From assembly GCA_964545165.1 (NCBI GenBank), contig CAZJEQ010000005.1:7072-71071 (forward strand): DNA of 64,000 bases, read 5' to 3'. Position 1 is the first letter of the stretch. Each line of letters starts with the position of its first letter. Positions 31,008 through 40,722 of the stretch are shown one piece after another. The position numbers were made by a program, and so were the translations under genes. This DNA comes from an uncultured Candidatus Saccharibacteria bacterium (GTDB lineage Bacteria > Patescibacteriota > Minisyncoccia > Phycocordibacterales > UBA2100). The notes below the pieces were generated by a model. It saw only the letters and a program-made list of their open reading frames with translations, did not search any database and had not been told where the DNA came from.

Positions 31008-31595
31008 TCATTTCGCCTCGCGCGCTACTTTGAGCGCCTTTCCCCACCAGAGGAGCTGGTCGACCAGGCCGGTCGCGCGCTCCGCGTACGGGGCAAACAC
31101 CTCGCTCTCGGGAGTGCCCTGGCCGATAGCCATCACGACGTCATACGGCATATGAATGGCGTTTCTAATCGGTGCCATCTGGAGCTCGATCGCGACCTCA
31201 CGGAGCTGCTCCACCGAGCGCGCACCCATCGCGCTACCGTAGCTCACATAGGCAATCGGCTTGTTGTTCCACTCCTGATACACGTAGTCGAAGGCATTTT
31301 TCAAAACAGCTGGGTAGCCGTGATTGTATTCGGGTGCGATCACGATAAAGGCATCGCCATCTTTGATCTTGGCCGTCCAGGCGACGACGGCAGGGTCGGT
31401 GTACGGCTTTGTCTTGTAGCTCGGCGTCTCGACTTCGTCGAACAGCGGTAGTGTGTACTCGCGCAAATCGAGGAGCTCTGCCTCCACATCGGTGCGCTTC
31501 TGAAGCTCAGCGAGGAGCCAGGCACCGGGCTTTTCGCTAAAGCGACCCTCGCGCGTGGAGCCAAGAATAATTTTTACTTTAAAAAGATCAGACAT
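31008..31595 (-). CDS. NAD(P)H-dependent FMN reductase (flavodoxin-like)
   Basis: 195 aa, ...ILGSTREGRFSEK... Confidence 0.7.
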   Translation of the reverse strand: MSDLFKVKIILGSTREGRFSEKPGAWLLAELQKRTDVEAELLDLREYTLPLFDEVETPSYKTKPYTDPAVVAWTAKIKDGDAFIVIAPEYNHGYPAVLKNAFDYVYQEWNNKPIAYVSYGSAMGARSVEQLREVAIELQMAPIRNAIHMPYDVVMAIGQGTPESEVFAPYAERATGLVDQLLWWGKALKVAREAK

Positions 31596-31640
31596 ATTTC
31601 ATGGGGTGAGAAAATAATGCGTTCATGGTACTGCTTCACT

Positions 31641-31656
31641 TTACTTTGTAAAGTAA
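31641..31656. promoter_or_regulatory. candidate operator: 7-bp inverted repeat TTACTTT-gt-AAAGTAA in the divergent FMN-reductase/HxlR promoter region
   Basis: Perfect 7-bp inverted repeat arms 25 nt upstream of the hxlR-family gene start. Confidence 0.35.
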
Positions 31657-31680
31657 CAATCAGTATGATAACGTGTTGTA

Positions 31681-31986
31681 ATGCTACGCACCGCACAGCA
31701 ACGCAAAGAATTGTGCCGCTCCTGCCCTATTGCCAAGGCAGCGGATGTCATTGGCGACCCCTGCTCGCTGCTTGTCCTGCGCGACCTCATTGGCAATCCA
31801 CGCCGTTTCGGTGAGCTCGATGAGTCCCTCGGCATGTCGACCCGCACGCTCACCAAAACACTCCGCCGCCTCGAAGACGCCGGCCTCATCAAGCGCAAAG
31901 CGCTCCAGTATGCGGTCACGCCGAAAGGTGCCGCGCTTGCACCCGTCATCGACGCGATGCGTGCCTACGGAAAGAAGTATCTCTAG
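31681..31986 (+). CDS. HxlR-family winged-helix transcriptional regulator
   Basis: 101 aa, ...CPIAKAADVIGDPCSLLVLRDL... Confidence 0.75.
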   Translation: MLRTAQQRKELCRSCPIAKAADVIGDPCSLLVLRDLIGNPRRFGELDESLGMSTRTLTKTLRRLEDAGLIKRKALQYAVTPKGAALAPVIDAMRAYGKKYL

Positions 31987-31993
31987 AGACGTG

Positions 31994-33412
31994 CTACTTC
32001 CAGTGCACGTTCTTACCGCGAAGACTTTCAAGCAGCAGCTGCGTTACACCACGCGCTATTCGCGGCTTTTCAATATGAGCCGAGCTATGCACCTTCGTCC
32101 ACAGATCAGGTAATAACCTGGCTGCGTATTTCTCGCGCAGCGTCTGATACCACACATGGTCATACAATTCCCAAAACTGCGTACTGCCCCAGTAGGTTTG
32201 GGCATAAAGCATTTTCCGCTCGTGGGTCGATGCAATAAGCGACTCGAGCTTTCGTGTCGCGTCGATCGCATGGATGGCGCGTGGCTTCCCGTAGATCCCG
32301 ATGTTGAGCAGCATGGTCTCTTCTGGTCGATAATGCGATGAGAGCTTTTGAGGAGCTGGTGTGGAGCGTATCGGGCACAACCAGACGGGATAAATACCAA
32401 GCTCCTGCGCGTTGAGCGCGAGAACATCAGGCACATGTGCTCGTGACACGTAAAAATCTTGTATCACAAACTCCTTGCGAAGATTGAGCGCATGGAGGCC
32501 ATCGTAGAGTTTGCGCGTACGTAAAAATGGTGCGAAAAAAAATCTTGTTAGTGCATTGCTGCGCAGATGAAATATGGGAAACAGGTACTCCCCCATCCAA
32601 AACGCTCCTTTGTCATACCGAAATAGATAATCTCGAATCGGTATCACCGCGGTCGCGGACGATGCCATTGCACGCACACGAATGAAGCGATAGTACCAGG
32701 GATCGATGTTTCTCAGGAAGCGTGCGACTATCGCCTGCGGCTCTTCGACGAACGTGCCCGTGATCGTAACGGCCTCATGTGGCCCATAGATGATACCTTC
32801 AAGAAAATCAGCATGGCCTGTTTCTGCCTTCGCGAATAGTTCACTCGCTGCCTGCCCGCCCGACGCATGCACCTGCACTTGGATGCGTACATAGGGCTTC
32901 GCCTCAATGAGACGGAGGCGCATTCTCGTGATGAGCGCGAGTGATCCATAGGAAGTCGCAACACCCCAATACAGATCCGCATACTCATTATCGGGACGAG
33001 CAATGACGATGGTGCCGTCAGCAAGTAGGAGCTCGTATTCGAGCACGCGATCATTAAACTGTCCGTATCTAAATGAAGAGCTCTCAAGTGCGCCGCCCTG
33101 CGCGGCACCACCCGCCGTAATCCCGGGAAACTCGGGCACCACTTCCGGCATGCGCTGGAGAGCGAGTGTTGCATCAAGAAGCACGTCCATGCTCACGCCG
33201 GGTTCGACATCCACGTAATTGCGCTCGGTGTCGATATAGAGCACCTGCGTAAAAGCGGTGAAATCAAGCTTGAGAATTTCTTCTCCCACATCACCCTGCT
33301 CTCGCGTGCTGTTGGTAGCCGAGCGTTGTATGCGGATCGGTAGATTGCGCGCTCGATTCGCCTCAAGCTGCGCCTGCAGGCTCCGTACGCGTGCGACATG
33401 GTCGGTATACAT
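31994..33412 (-). CDS. FAD-binding oxidoreductase (PCMH-type, DIMINUTO/alkyl-DHAP-synthase-like)
   Basis: ORF 31994..33484 trimmed to ATG 33412 (MYTDHVARV...), because the upstream 24 codons overlap tRNA-Gly. Confidence 0.7.
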   Translation of the reverse strand: MYTDHVARVRSLQAQLEANRARNLPIRIQRSATNSTREQGDVGEEILKLDFTAFTQVLYIDTERNYVDVEPGVSMDVLLDATLALQRMPEVVPEFPGITAGGAAQGGALESSSFRYGQFNDRVLEYELLLADGTIVIARPDNEYADLYWGVATSYGSLALITRMRLRLIEAKPYVRIQVQVHASGGQAASELFAKAETGHADFLEGIIYGPHEAVTITGTFVEEPQAIVARFLRNIDPWYYRFIRVRAMASSATAVIPIRDYLFRYDKGAFWMGEYLFPIFHLRSNALTRFFFAPFLRTRKLYDGLHALNLRKEFVIQDFYVSRAHVPDVLALNAQELGIYPVWLCPIRSTPAPQKLSSHYRPEETMLLNIGIYGKPRAIHAIDATRKLESLIASTHERKMLYAQTYWGSTQFWELYDHVWYQTLREKYAARLLPDLWTKVHSSAHIEKPRIARGVTQLLLESLRGKNVHWK

Positions 33413-33424
33413 ACTCTGATCTGT

Positions 33425-33498
33425 TGGTGCGGGATGAGGGAATCGAACCCTCGACCTATGCTTGGGAAGCACATGTTTTACCACTAAACCAATCCCGC
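33425..33498 (-). tRNA. tRNA-Gly (CCC), CCA encoded
   Basis: GCGGGATTGGTTTAGTGGTAAAACATGTGCTTCCCAAGCATAGGTCGAGGGTTCGATTCCCTCATCCCGCACCA; canonical cloverleaf with T-loop TTCGATT. Confidence 0.85.
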
Positions 33499-33568
33499 GT
33501 ACGGCATTAATCTACCACGGCAACCAATAGCGAAGCGAGGCAGGTACATGTGCCTGCCGAGCGAGCCC

Positions 33569-33943
33569 CTACCACCAAATAAAGAGTTTTTTAACTTTCT
33601 GGAAGAAGGTTGAGGTCGCCTGCACAGGCTCCGGCGCCTTGGGCTCGACAATAATAATGAGTCCTTCGCCGTGCTTGCCGACGTCGTATTGCTCGCGGAG
33701 GGCCTCCTCCTGTCCGCGGTCCGTCTTGAGCTTCTCGGTATCAGCGCGCAGACGCTCAGCCTGCATCTCGAGCTCCTGTTGCTCTATTTCGGCATACTCG
33801 CGAAGGGTCTGGGATTCACGCTCCTTCATATAAACCTTCCACACACCCACTGCCGCGAGAATTACGAAGAGCGCGAGGGCAAGGGTGCCCACTCGCTTGA
33901 GGAACAGCCTCACGGGATCGTAGCGGCTGCGGAAATTTGCCAT
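33569..33943 (-). CDS. FtsB/DivIC-like septum-formation protein (TM plus coiled coil)
   Basis: 124 aa; N-terminal TM then a heptad-rich region. Confidence 0.45.
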   Translation of the reverse strand: MANFRSRYDPVRLFLKRVGTLALALFVILAAVGVWKVYMKERESQTLREYAEIEQQELEMQAERLRADTEKLKTDRGQEEALREQYDVGKHGEGLIIIVEPKAPEPVQATSTFFQKVKKLFIWW

Positions 33944-33962
33944 GCGCTTATCGTAGCATTAC

Positions 33963-34100
33963 AATGTGCCCATGAGCTTTCTCTTTCATAAACGCACCAA
34001 AAAGGTCCTCAACATTGTGGGGAGCGCCGTCGCGCTCGTGCTGATTCTCAGCATGGTGGTGTTCTTCGCCCCCGGCCTCGTCAATCTCTTGACCCAGTAG
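33963..34100 (+). CDS. possible 45-aa small membrane protein (below ORF-track size cut-off)
   Basis: MSFLFHKRTKKVLNIVGSAVALVLILSMVVFFAPGLVNLLTQ; single TM. Confidence 0.3.
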   Translation, partial: NVPMSFLFHKRTKKVLNIVGSAVALVLILSMVVFFAPGLVNLLTQ

Positions 34101-34130
34101 CGGGACAATCCCGCCTCCGGTGCGTGCAGA

Positions 34131-35915
34131 CTACGAGTCGCGTATAACCTTCAAAAAGACATCGCCTGGGATGTCGACTTTGCCACGTGCGAGCATCTTC
34201 TTCTTGCCTTTCTTCTGCTTATCGAGCAGCTTGTTTTTGCGAGAGACATCGCCACCGTAGAGGTACCCGGTGACATCTTTGCGCATAGCTGATTTACGGC
34301 GTGAGGCGATTATCTTGCCATCCGCCTTCGCCTGGATCTTGAGCTCAAAAAGCTGCCGCGGCAGGAGCTTCTCCAATTTCTCCACCATCGCTTCGGCCTC
34401 CGTATTCACGCGGCGTTTGGAGACGATGCGCGCAAACGCAGGCACGGGATCTTCCGCCACGAGCACGTCGAGTCGCATCACATCGGCATCTTTCATACCG
34501 GTAAGGGTGTATGAGAGCGAGGCAAAGCCACTCGAGATACTCTTGAGCTTATCGAAAAAGCCACGCATCAATTCTCGGAGCGGCATCTCTGCATGCACCG
34601 CGGTTTTGCCATCCGGCAAGGTCTCACTCTCGCCGACCACCGCTTCGTGATCGTAGAGAATCTGCGCGATACCGCCCAAATATGCAGGCGGCGACATCAC
34701 GACCACATCTGCCCACATCTCTTCGACGCGCTTGGCCTGCCCACTATCCGGGAATTTGGCGGGTGCATACACATCCTCGACCTCGCCATTATTGTGCGTA
34801 ATGCGATACACCGTCGTCGGCATAGTGACCACAAGCTCGAGATTGAATTCTCGCTTCAAGCGTTCAATGATGATCTCCAAGTGCAGCATGCCTAAGAAAC
34901 CGCAACGAAATCCCTTGCCCATAATGCCGGAGGACTCTTCTTCATAGGAAAGCGACGAATCCGAGAGACGCAGACGATCGAGCGACTGCCGCAGGACCGG
35001 CAAATCATCCTGGGATTCAGGATAGACGCTCGCCCAGATGACCGGCGTCGGCTGCTGATACCCGGGCAATTCTGGCGCCGACTGACGCGTGGAGATCACC
35101 GTGTCACCCACGCTCGCGATACCCGGGCGCTTCACGCCGGTGACAATGTAGCCGATTTCTCCTTCAGCGAGCTGCGGTGCAGGCGTCTCATCGGGCATCA
35201 TGAGCCCTACTTCAACCGCGATAAAATCTGCATTCGCGGCAGCGAAGCGGAGTGTATCGCCTTTTTTTATTGATCCTCCAAAGACGCGTGTATAGACGAT
35301 GACGCCGCGATGATCCGAGTAGCCGAAATCGAAGATCAGCGCCTGCGTCGAAGAGCCCGAAGAGACGGGCGGCGGGACGCGACGCACGATTTCATCGAGC
35401 ATGTGGGTGACGCCTTCACCGGTCTTCCCTGATACACGTAGCACATCCGACTCCGGACACCCAAGGAGGAGCGCGAGCTCACTCGTAATATCCGCAACGC
35501 GTGCGGCGGGCGCATCTATTTTAGAAACCGCAGGTACCACCACGAGTCCCAGCTCACGCGCGACGGCAAGCACTGACAGCGTCTGCGCCTCGATACCTTG
35601 TGTGGAATCAACGAGGAGGACTACGCCCTCGACGGCCTTGAGCGCGCGCGATACTTCGTATGAAAAGTCGACGTGGCCTGGCGTGTCGATGAGGTTGATC
35701 ACGTACTCCGTGCCGTCGGTCTTCCAGTGCATACGGACCGGCTGCATTTTGATGGTAATGCCACGCTCGCGCTCGAGATCCATGCGATCGAGCACCTGGT
35801 CCTGCATGTTGCGTTTCTCGATGGTATGCGTCAGCTCAAGCATGCGATCTGCCAACGTCGATTTGCCGTGATCGATGTGCGCGATGATGGAAAAATTCCG
35901 AATGTTTTGAGACAT
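34131..35915 (-). CDS. lepA: elongation factor 4
   Basis: 594 aa, ...NFSIIAHIDHGKSTLADR... Confidence 0.9.
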   Translation of the reverse strand: MSQNIRNFSIIAHIDHGKSTLADRMLELTHTIEKRNMQDQVLDRMDLERERGITIKMQPVRMHWKTDGTEYVINLIDTPGHVDFSYEVSRALKAVEGVVLLVDSTQGIEAQTLSVLAVARELGLVVVPAVSKIDAPAARVADITSELALLLGCPESDVLRVSGKTGEGVTHMLDEIVRRVPPPVSSGSSTQALIFDFGYSDHRGVIVYTRVFGGSIKKGDTLRFAAANADFIAVEVGLMMPDETPAPQLAEGEIGYIVTGVKRPGIASVGDTVISTRQSAPELPGYQQPTPVIWASVYPESQDDLPVLRQSLDRLRLSDSSLSYEEESSGIMGKGFRCGFLGMLHLEIIIERLKREFNLELVVTMPTTVYRITHNNGEVEDVYAPAKFPDSGQAKRVEEMWADVVVMSPPAYLGGIAQILYDHEAVVGESETLPDGKTAVHAEMPLRELMRGFFDKLKSISSGFASLSYTLTGMKDADVMRLDVLVAEDPVPAFARIVSKRRVNTEAEAMVEKLEKLLPRQLFELKIQAKADGKIIASRRKSAMRKDVTGYLYGGDVSRKNKLLDKQKKGKKKMLARGKVDIPGDVFLKVIRDS

Positions 35916-35942
35916 GAAAAGACACTATACCCTAGGCGAGGT

Positions 35943-37676
35943 TTATGCGCTTGTCGTGGTGCCCGGCCCTTCTGCCGAGGTCGTGACGGTGACCTCCGGT
36001 GAGGTTTTCTTGCTCCAGATACGCGCATGAAGCGAGGCGTACGACTCCGCGAATTCGCGACTCCCGAGCAGCCAGTAGGTGAAGCAGATAACCACGATGC
36101 CACAGACTCCTGCGGCAAACCCTTGTACAAAAATCGAGAGTACCGTCGAGAGTACCGTAAACGAGCTCGCAAGCCCCAGGAAAATATACGACGCGAGGCC
36201 GCCTGCTGCCGCGGCGAGTATGCCATCGAGGAGCGCCGAAGCAATTTGGCGCACGAGGCCGCCAAAGCGCCATTCGAAATGGAGCGCGAGGATGAGCGCG
36301 CCGACGATGGCACTCACGGCGTACGCAAATGCCAGCACCAATACATTGCTCCCCGGAATATCGTCGACGCGCAGGAAATGTTCCACCAGCGCGAGGAACT
36401 TTTGATCGCCCAGTGCGAAGAGACCCAGTGCGCAGATGCCGAGCGTCGAGAGCGTGACCGCCACCGAAACGACGAGTGGCACAAAGGTCTTCCCTGCCGC
36501 GTAATACCCACGCACCAAGAGGAGCGTGAGTCCCTGCGCCGCGAGCGCGAAAGCGATCAGCGCGAAGGCCGCAGCGGTGAGGCGCGTATCGTCCCAATTG
36601 AACGCGCCCGTACCGAGAATGACGCGCACGATATGCGCGCGTAAGACGAGGATGAGCGCCGATGCAGGCAGTGACCAGAAGAACACGTAGCGTGCAGCCG
36701 TCGCGACGTGGTGGACGAATTCCTTCGTCTCGCCACGCGCGAGCGCGAGCGCGAGCGTTGGGAACGCTGCCACCGAGTACGATGCGCCGATGACGGCCAG
36801 TGGCACCGCCGCGAGATTGAAGGCAAACATAAATACCGCAATCGATCCCGTCGCGAGGAGGCCCGCAAACGCCGTGAGCCCAAGGAACGTCAATTGATTC
36901 ATTGAGAGTGCAAGCGCACGCGGTACTGAGACACTGGCAGTATGGATAAGTGCACGCGGATCATAGAGGCGCGGTACGCGCCGGAAGAATCCGTCGCTGA
37001 CCAATGAGGGAAGCTGGATCGCGGCGTGAAAAAACGCACCGATGACCACGCCCCATGCAAGTCCCGTGATTCCCCACTGCGGATACAAAACCAGAATACC
37101 GAAAATGATGCCAAGGTTGTACAGAAGCGGCGAAATAGCGTACAGCGCATAACGCTCCCGCACCTGCGTCACACCGGCAAAGATATTCGAGAGGCCAAGC
37201 AAAATCGGCTGGAGCAGGAGCACGCGCGTAAGCGAGATCAGCGTCTCACTCTGCCCCCCGATCATGAGCTGCGGGAAGAGTTTCGCGAGGAGGTACGGCG
37301 CGCATACCGCTGCAATTACCGAGACAACAACCGCAAAAAGAGAGAACCCCACGACGATGGTGTCGATGTACTCTTTTTGTTCGGCACGTGAGCGCCGGGT
37401 AATTTCTGGAATCAGAATATAGACGGAGACGAGCGCTCCGGTCGCGACGAAAATCAGATCCGGTATGCGGAATCCCGCGTAGTAGATATCGAGTGTCGCC
37501 GAGGCGCCGAAGGCATGTGCAAAGAGACGATCGCGCACTAATGCCAGGAGCGATGAGAGGAGCGCCGCAAGCGCCAAAATGGAGGCCGCTGCTTGGAGGC
37601 CGCGCACCTCACTCGAGAGGTAGCGGAGCGCATCGCGTAAACGCAGGCGGGCAAATTCTGTGGTTCGCGTGATCAT
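35943..37676 (-). CDS. murJ: lipid II flippase MurJ/MviN
   Basis: ORF 35943..37886 trimmed to ATG 37676 (MITRTTEFARLRLRDAL...); about 14 TM helices. Confidence 0.8.
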   Translation of the reverse strand: MITRTTEFARLRLRDALRYLSSEVRGLQAAASILALAALLSSLLALVRDRLFAHAFGASATLDIYYAGFRIPDLIFVATGALVSVYILIPEITRRSRAEQKEYIDTIVVGFSLFAVVVSVIAAVCAPYLLAKLFPQLMIGGQSETLISLTRVLLLQPILLGLSNIFAGVTQVRERYALYAISPLLYNLGIIFGILVLYPQWGITGLAWGVVIGAFFHAAIQLPSLVSDGFFRRVPRLYDPRALIHTASVSVPRALALSMNQLTFLGLTAFAGLLATGSIAVFMFAFNLAAVPLAVIGASYSVAAFPTLALALARGETKEFVHHVATAARYVFFWSLPASALILVLRAHIVRVILGTGAFNWDDTRLTAAAFALIAFALAAQGLTLLLVRGYYAAGKTFVPLVVSVAVTLSTLGICALGLFALGDQKFLALVEHFLRVDDIPGSNVLVLAFAYAVSAIVGALILALHFEWRFGGLVRQIASALLDGILAAAAGGLASYIFLGLASSFTVLSTVLSIFVQGFAAGVCGIVVICFTYWLLGSREFAESYASLHARIWSKKTSPEVTVTTSAEGPGTTTSA

Positions 37677-37683
37677 AGACTCT

Positions 37684-39993
37684 TTATTGCGCCGAATGCG
37701 CTTGTGGCGCTTGTCCGTTGAGCACCTCCTGCGAAAGCGGCGTGTCCGCAGCGATGTCACCGATAATCTGATCGACGATGGTCGCACTCTGATCCAGCTG
37801 CTTGAGAGCCTGGAACACGAGGAGCGCATTCTCGTGTTGCCCTGCCTGATAGAGCGTGAGGCCGAGGACATATAGTGCATTAGCAAAACGCGGCTGAATC
37901 ACGAGTGCCTGCTGGAGCGCCGCGGCAGCGTCCGAGTATGTGGTCGCACCGTACGCGATGACACCGAGGTTGTACCAGGCCTCAGCATCTTCGGGCGCAT
38001 ATTTTGCAGCGTTGACGGCGCTCGAGAGCGCTGCATCGTACTTCCCTTGCATCGTATAGATGTGCGAGGCGAGATAGTGCGCCACGGCCAAATTCGGCTT
38101 GAGCTCCACGGCACGCGCGAGCGATTGCAGTGCTGCATCGGGATGCTGGCGGGCCATTTCAAGGCGCGCAAGATTTACATGCGTGATCGGTGACGTGGGA
38201 TTCTCTTTGAGCGCCTGCTCAAAAGCGAGGCGCGCGCTGTCGTATGCGCCGTCCACATCAGAGCCGGCGAGCTGCGTGTACAGCGTCGCGAGCAAGAGCC
38301 AATTCTGATAACTCCCACCATTGATGTTCACCGCGGCGAGTCCGTGCGCAATCGTCTCTTCGAGCGTCGCCTGTAGCAGGGCTCTTGCTCCCTGGTCGTC
38401 GGGATTGGCCGATGCGGCGAGCTGCTCCAGCTGTGCCATACCGAGCTGCACCGCCGAGGCGTGTGCACGATCGCTGTTGGGGTACAGACTGATGGCACGC
38501 TGCACATCTGCCGTCGCCCGCGCGATATCGCCTGACTGGTTGAACACCACGATGCCTTTGTTGACGAGTACCTCCGCCATCGTCACGCGCATGAGCGCGC
38601 CCGCCGAGACCACGAGGACCAGCGCACCAACAATCACTGTGGCAAACACGAGGTGGTGGCGCACGCCGTGAGCGAGCACGATGTGCCGCTCAGCAACGAA
38701 TGTCGGCGCCAAGAGTGCGATGGTGAGACCAGCGCAGATAAACAAGCAGCACGTCACGAGCACACCGGGCACAGAAATCACTTGGAACGCGAAGAAATAG
38801 AGTGTCGCAACTGAGAGCGGCAATGCGATGGCGGCAGCCGCCGTCTCTGTGGATGACACCCAGAGACGCACCGCCGCAATGAGGAACGCAAGCATCCATA
38901 ACAGCCACGCGATGAGGCCGAGTGCGCCCGCGGTGATAAAGGAGGTGGCGAGCGGTGCCACGCCGCCGGTGAATTCAGTATTCCAAAATTCCGTGCCATT
39001 TACATCGGCTGGCTTGTGCAGACCCCATTCACGCGCAAAGGTGTTCGGCCCCGTACCGAGGAGAAGCGGCAGTGGCTTCATGATCGATTGCTGGCTAATA
39101 GCGAAGGTGCCTTGGAGAGACGGTCGCACCTCACTCTGCACGACGCGCATACCTGCAGGTAGCAATGTCGCAAGCGTCACCCCGAAGAAGAGCACTGTCG
39201 CGACGATGAGTACCGAGACGCCGAGAGCGACATGGTGGCCCCACGGCTGCCGATGCCCCTCGCGCGTCCCCCGATAAAACTTCAGTGCCATCAAAAGTAT
39301 GAGTGCGGCGATGGTGAGCACGAGCACATCAAAATAATTACTGATGAGCAAAGATGCGCCAGCAAGCAGCCCGACAATCACCGCAACATACCGCCACAGA
39401 CCCGCCGTGACGGCAGTCTGCAGGAGTGCAATGCTCAGAAATCCGACAGCTCCCGCAAACATGGCGAATTCATGCCACGAACCAAGTAGATTGCCGGTCT
39501 GTCCCGCGAGTACACCACCGAGCGAGAGCGTCGGCACCGCAAAATGGAGGAGCTCCATCGCGAACAAGACGAGCGAGCCCCCCAAGAGCGCACGCAGCGC
39601 CAAGACGACCTTGCCCGGATGCATCGAGAAGACCGCAGCAGAGAGTGCAAAGAGCGAGAAGCCGATACACACAAAGGCGAGCGTATCAGTGTCCACGCCG
39701 CTACCCACCAGCGAGACACTTTTAAATCCAGCGCATGCAGCTGAGATGGCATAGGCGAGCGGCACCAGAATTGCCGCGATGAGTGCACTCGTCCACGGCA
39801 ATTTCACTCCCCCTTCGCGAAAGCGCGCGATGAACCACATGATGCCGGCGACCATGAGCACAAGCGATAGGAGCAATATCTTGGCCTGCACGAGCGTGAC
39901 CCACGAGAGCGGGATGAAGAAAAACGGGAAGAGGCCGATGAGCGTGATCAAGAGGGTGCGAACTTTGTTATCGAGTCCCTCTGACGCTTGCAT
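37684..39993 (-). CDS. O-antigen ligase/polymerase-like (Wzy_C) polytopic membrane protein with C-terminal TPR repeats
   Basis: 769 aa; about 12 TM N-terminal region; C-terminal roughly 250 aa of TPR repeats (AWYNLG...). Confidence 0.6.
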   Translation of the reverse strand: MQASEGLDNKVRTLLITLIGLFPFFFIPLSWVTLVQAKILLLSLVLMVAGIMWFIARFREGGVKLPWTSALIAAILVPLAYAISAACAGFKSVSLVGSGVDTDTLAFVCIGFSLFALSAAVFSMHPGKVVLALRALLGGSLVLFAMELLHFAVPTLSLGGVLAGQTGNLLGSWHEFAMFAGAVGFLSIALLQTAVTAGLWRYVAVIVGLLAGASLLISNYFDVLVLTIAALILLMALKFYRGTREGHRQPWGHHVALGVSVLIVATVLFFGVTLATLLPAGMRVVQSEVRPSLQGTFAISQQSIMKPLPLLLGTGPNTFAREWGLHKPADVNGTEFWNTEFTGGVAPLATSFITAGALGLIAWLLWMLAFLIAAVRLWVSSTETAAAAIALPLSVATLYFFAFQVISVPGVLVTCCLFICAGLTIALLAPTFVAERHIVLAHGVRHHLVFATVIVGALVLVVSAGALMRVTMAEVLVNKGIVVFNQSGDIARATADVQRAISLYPNSDRAHASAVQLGMAQLEQLAASANPDDQGARALLQATLEETIAHGLAAVNINGGSYQNWLLLATLYTQLAGSDVDGAYDSARLAFEQALKENPTSPITHVNLARLEMARQHPDAALQSLARAVELKPNLAVAHYLASHIYTMQGKYDAALSSAVNAAKYAPEDAEAWYNLGVIAYGATTYSDAAAALQQALVIQPRFANALYVLGLTLYQAGQHENALLVFQALKQLDQSATIVDQIIGDIAADTPLSQEVLNGQAPQAHSAQ

Positions 39994-40032
39994 GGGCCGA
40001 TAATATCACACCGCATCGGCGCAAATTATGTG

Positions 40033-40071
40033 ATTAAAAGCAGAAAAGCGAAGCATTTCTGCTTCGCTTTC
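40033..40071 (-). terminator. intrinsic terminator of rnpB
   Basis: On minus strand GCAGAAAGCGAAGCA-GAAA-UGCUUCGCUUUUCUGC followed by UUUUAAU. Confidence 0.7.
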
Positions 40072-40075
40072 TGCC

Positions 40076-40405
40076 TGCATCGATAAGCCGGATTCTGTCG
40101 TGAGCAGTCATGTATCTGGGATGTGTGTTGCCACACACCTCGAGCGACACTTTCGTCAGGTCCAATTGGTTCCCGACGAACACGGTCTTGCACGCGGGTA
40201 GGATTTTTGCCGTTGCACCCTCTGTGTTTCCACAAAGGCTGATCCATACCTTTCGATAGAGGATCCCCTCGCCTCTCGGCTTGGGCGTCTCTGTTCGCAT
40301 CCCTATGCTTGCGCACGACGGGCGTTACCCGCTACCTTGCTGCTTCTCGCGAAGCGCGTGTCCGGACTTTCCTCCCCTTGCGGGGCGACTGCTTAATGCA
40401 GAGAG
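40076..40405 (-). ncRNA. rnpB: RNase P RNA (bacterial type A)
   Basis: On the minus strand GGGGAGGAAAGUCCGGAC (P4 5' half, complement of 40362-40372) and ACAGAAUCCGGCUUAUCG (P4 3' half, complement of 40087-40101). P3 hairpin CCCC-GCAA-GGGG; P1 pairing CUGCAU/AUGCAG. ORF-track entries 40026..40316 and 40034..40300 overlap it and are spurious. Confidence 0.8.
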
Positions 40406-40480
40406 TCATGATACCGGCCCTTGACTAATAGGTCAAGGTATGTTACAATCGCATTTCAACGATCTTTGGAGGCCGGAAAG

Positions 40481-40651
40481 ATGCACATCATTGTTGTTCC
40501 CCTGTTCGGGATGCTGGGCTGCGCGTACCTCTCCCTCGTCGGCAAGATCTACATGACCGCCGATGCCTGGCAAACCATGGGCGTAGCGCTGGTTGGGTTG
40601 GGCTTCCTCGCTCTCGCGAGCGGAGCTACCTGGCTCGAGTACAAGCGCTAA
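40481..40651 (+). CDS. hypothetical small membrane protein (56 aa)
   Basis: ORF 40421..40651 trimmed to ATG 40481, preceded by GGAGG 8 nt upstream; two TM segments. Confidence 0.4.
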   Translation: MHIIVVPLFGMLGCAYLSLVGKIYMTADAWQTMGVALVGLGFLALASGATWLEYKR

Positions 40652-40682
40652 AGCCTGGTCCCGGCAAGGAACGAAAAACCCT

Positions 40683-40718
40683 GGTGGTCAGAGCACCAGG
40701 GTTTTTTCTTTCACCTTT
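40683..40718. terminator. bidirectional intrinsic terminator (A-tract, hairpin, T-tract)
   Basis: AAAAA-CCCTGGTG-gtcagag-CACCAGGG-TTTTTTC, between the small ORF (+) and nrdJ (-). Confidence 0.6.
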
Positions 40719-40722
40719 ACTG

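Noticed and set aside
33413-33484. 5' extension of ORF 31994..33484 (MVKHVLPKHRSRVRFPHPAPTDQS...)
   Set aside because: It overlaps tRNA-Gly(CCC) on the same strand; the start was moved to ATG 33412.
40026-40316. ORF-track ORFs 40026..40316 and 40034..40300 (minus strand)
   Set aside because: They lie entirely within the RNase P RNA gene and have no coding features.
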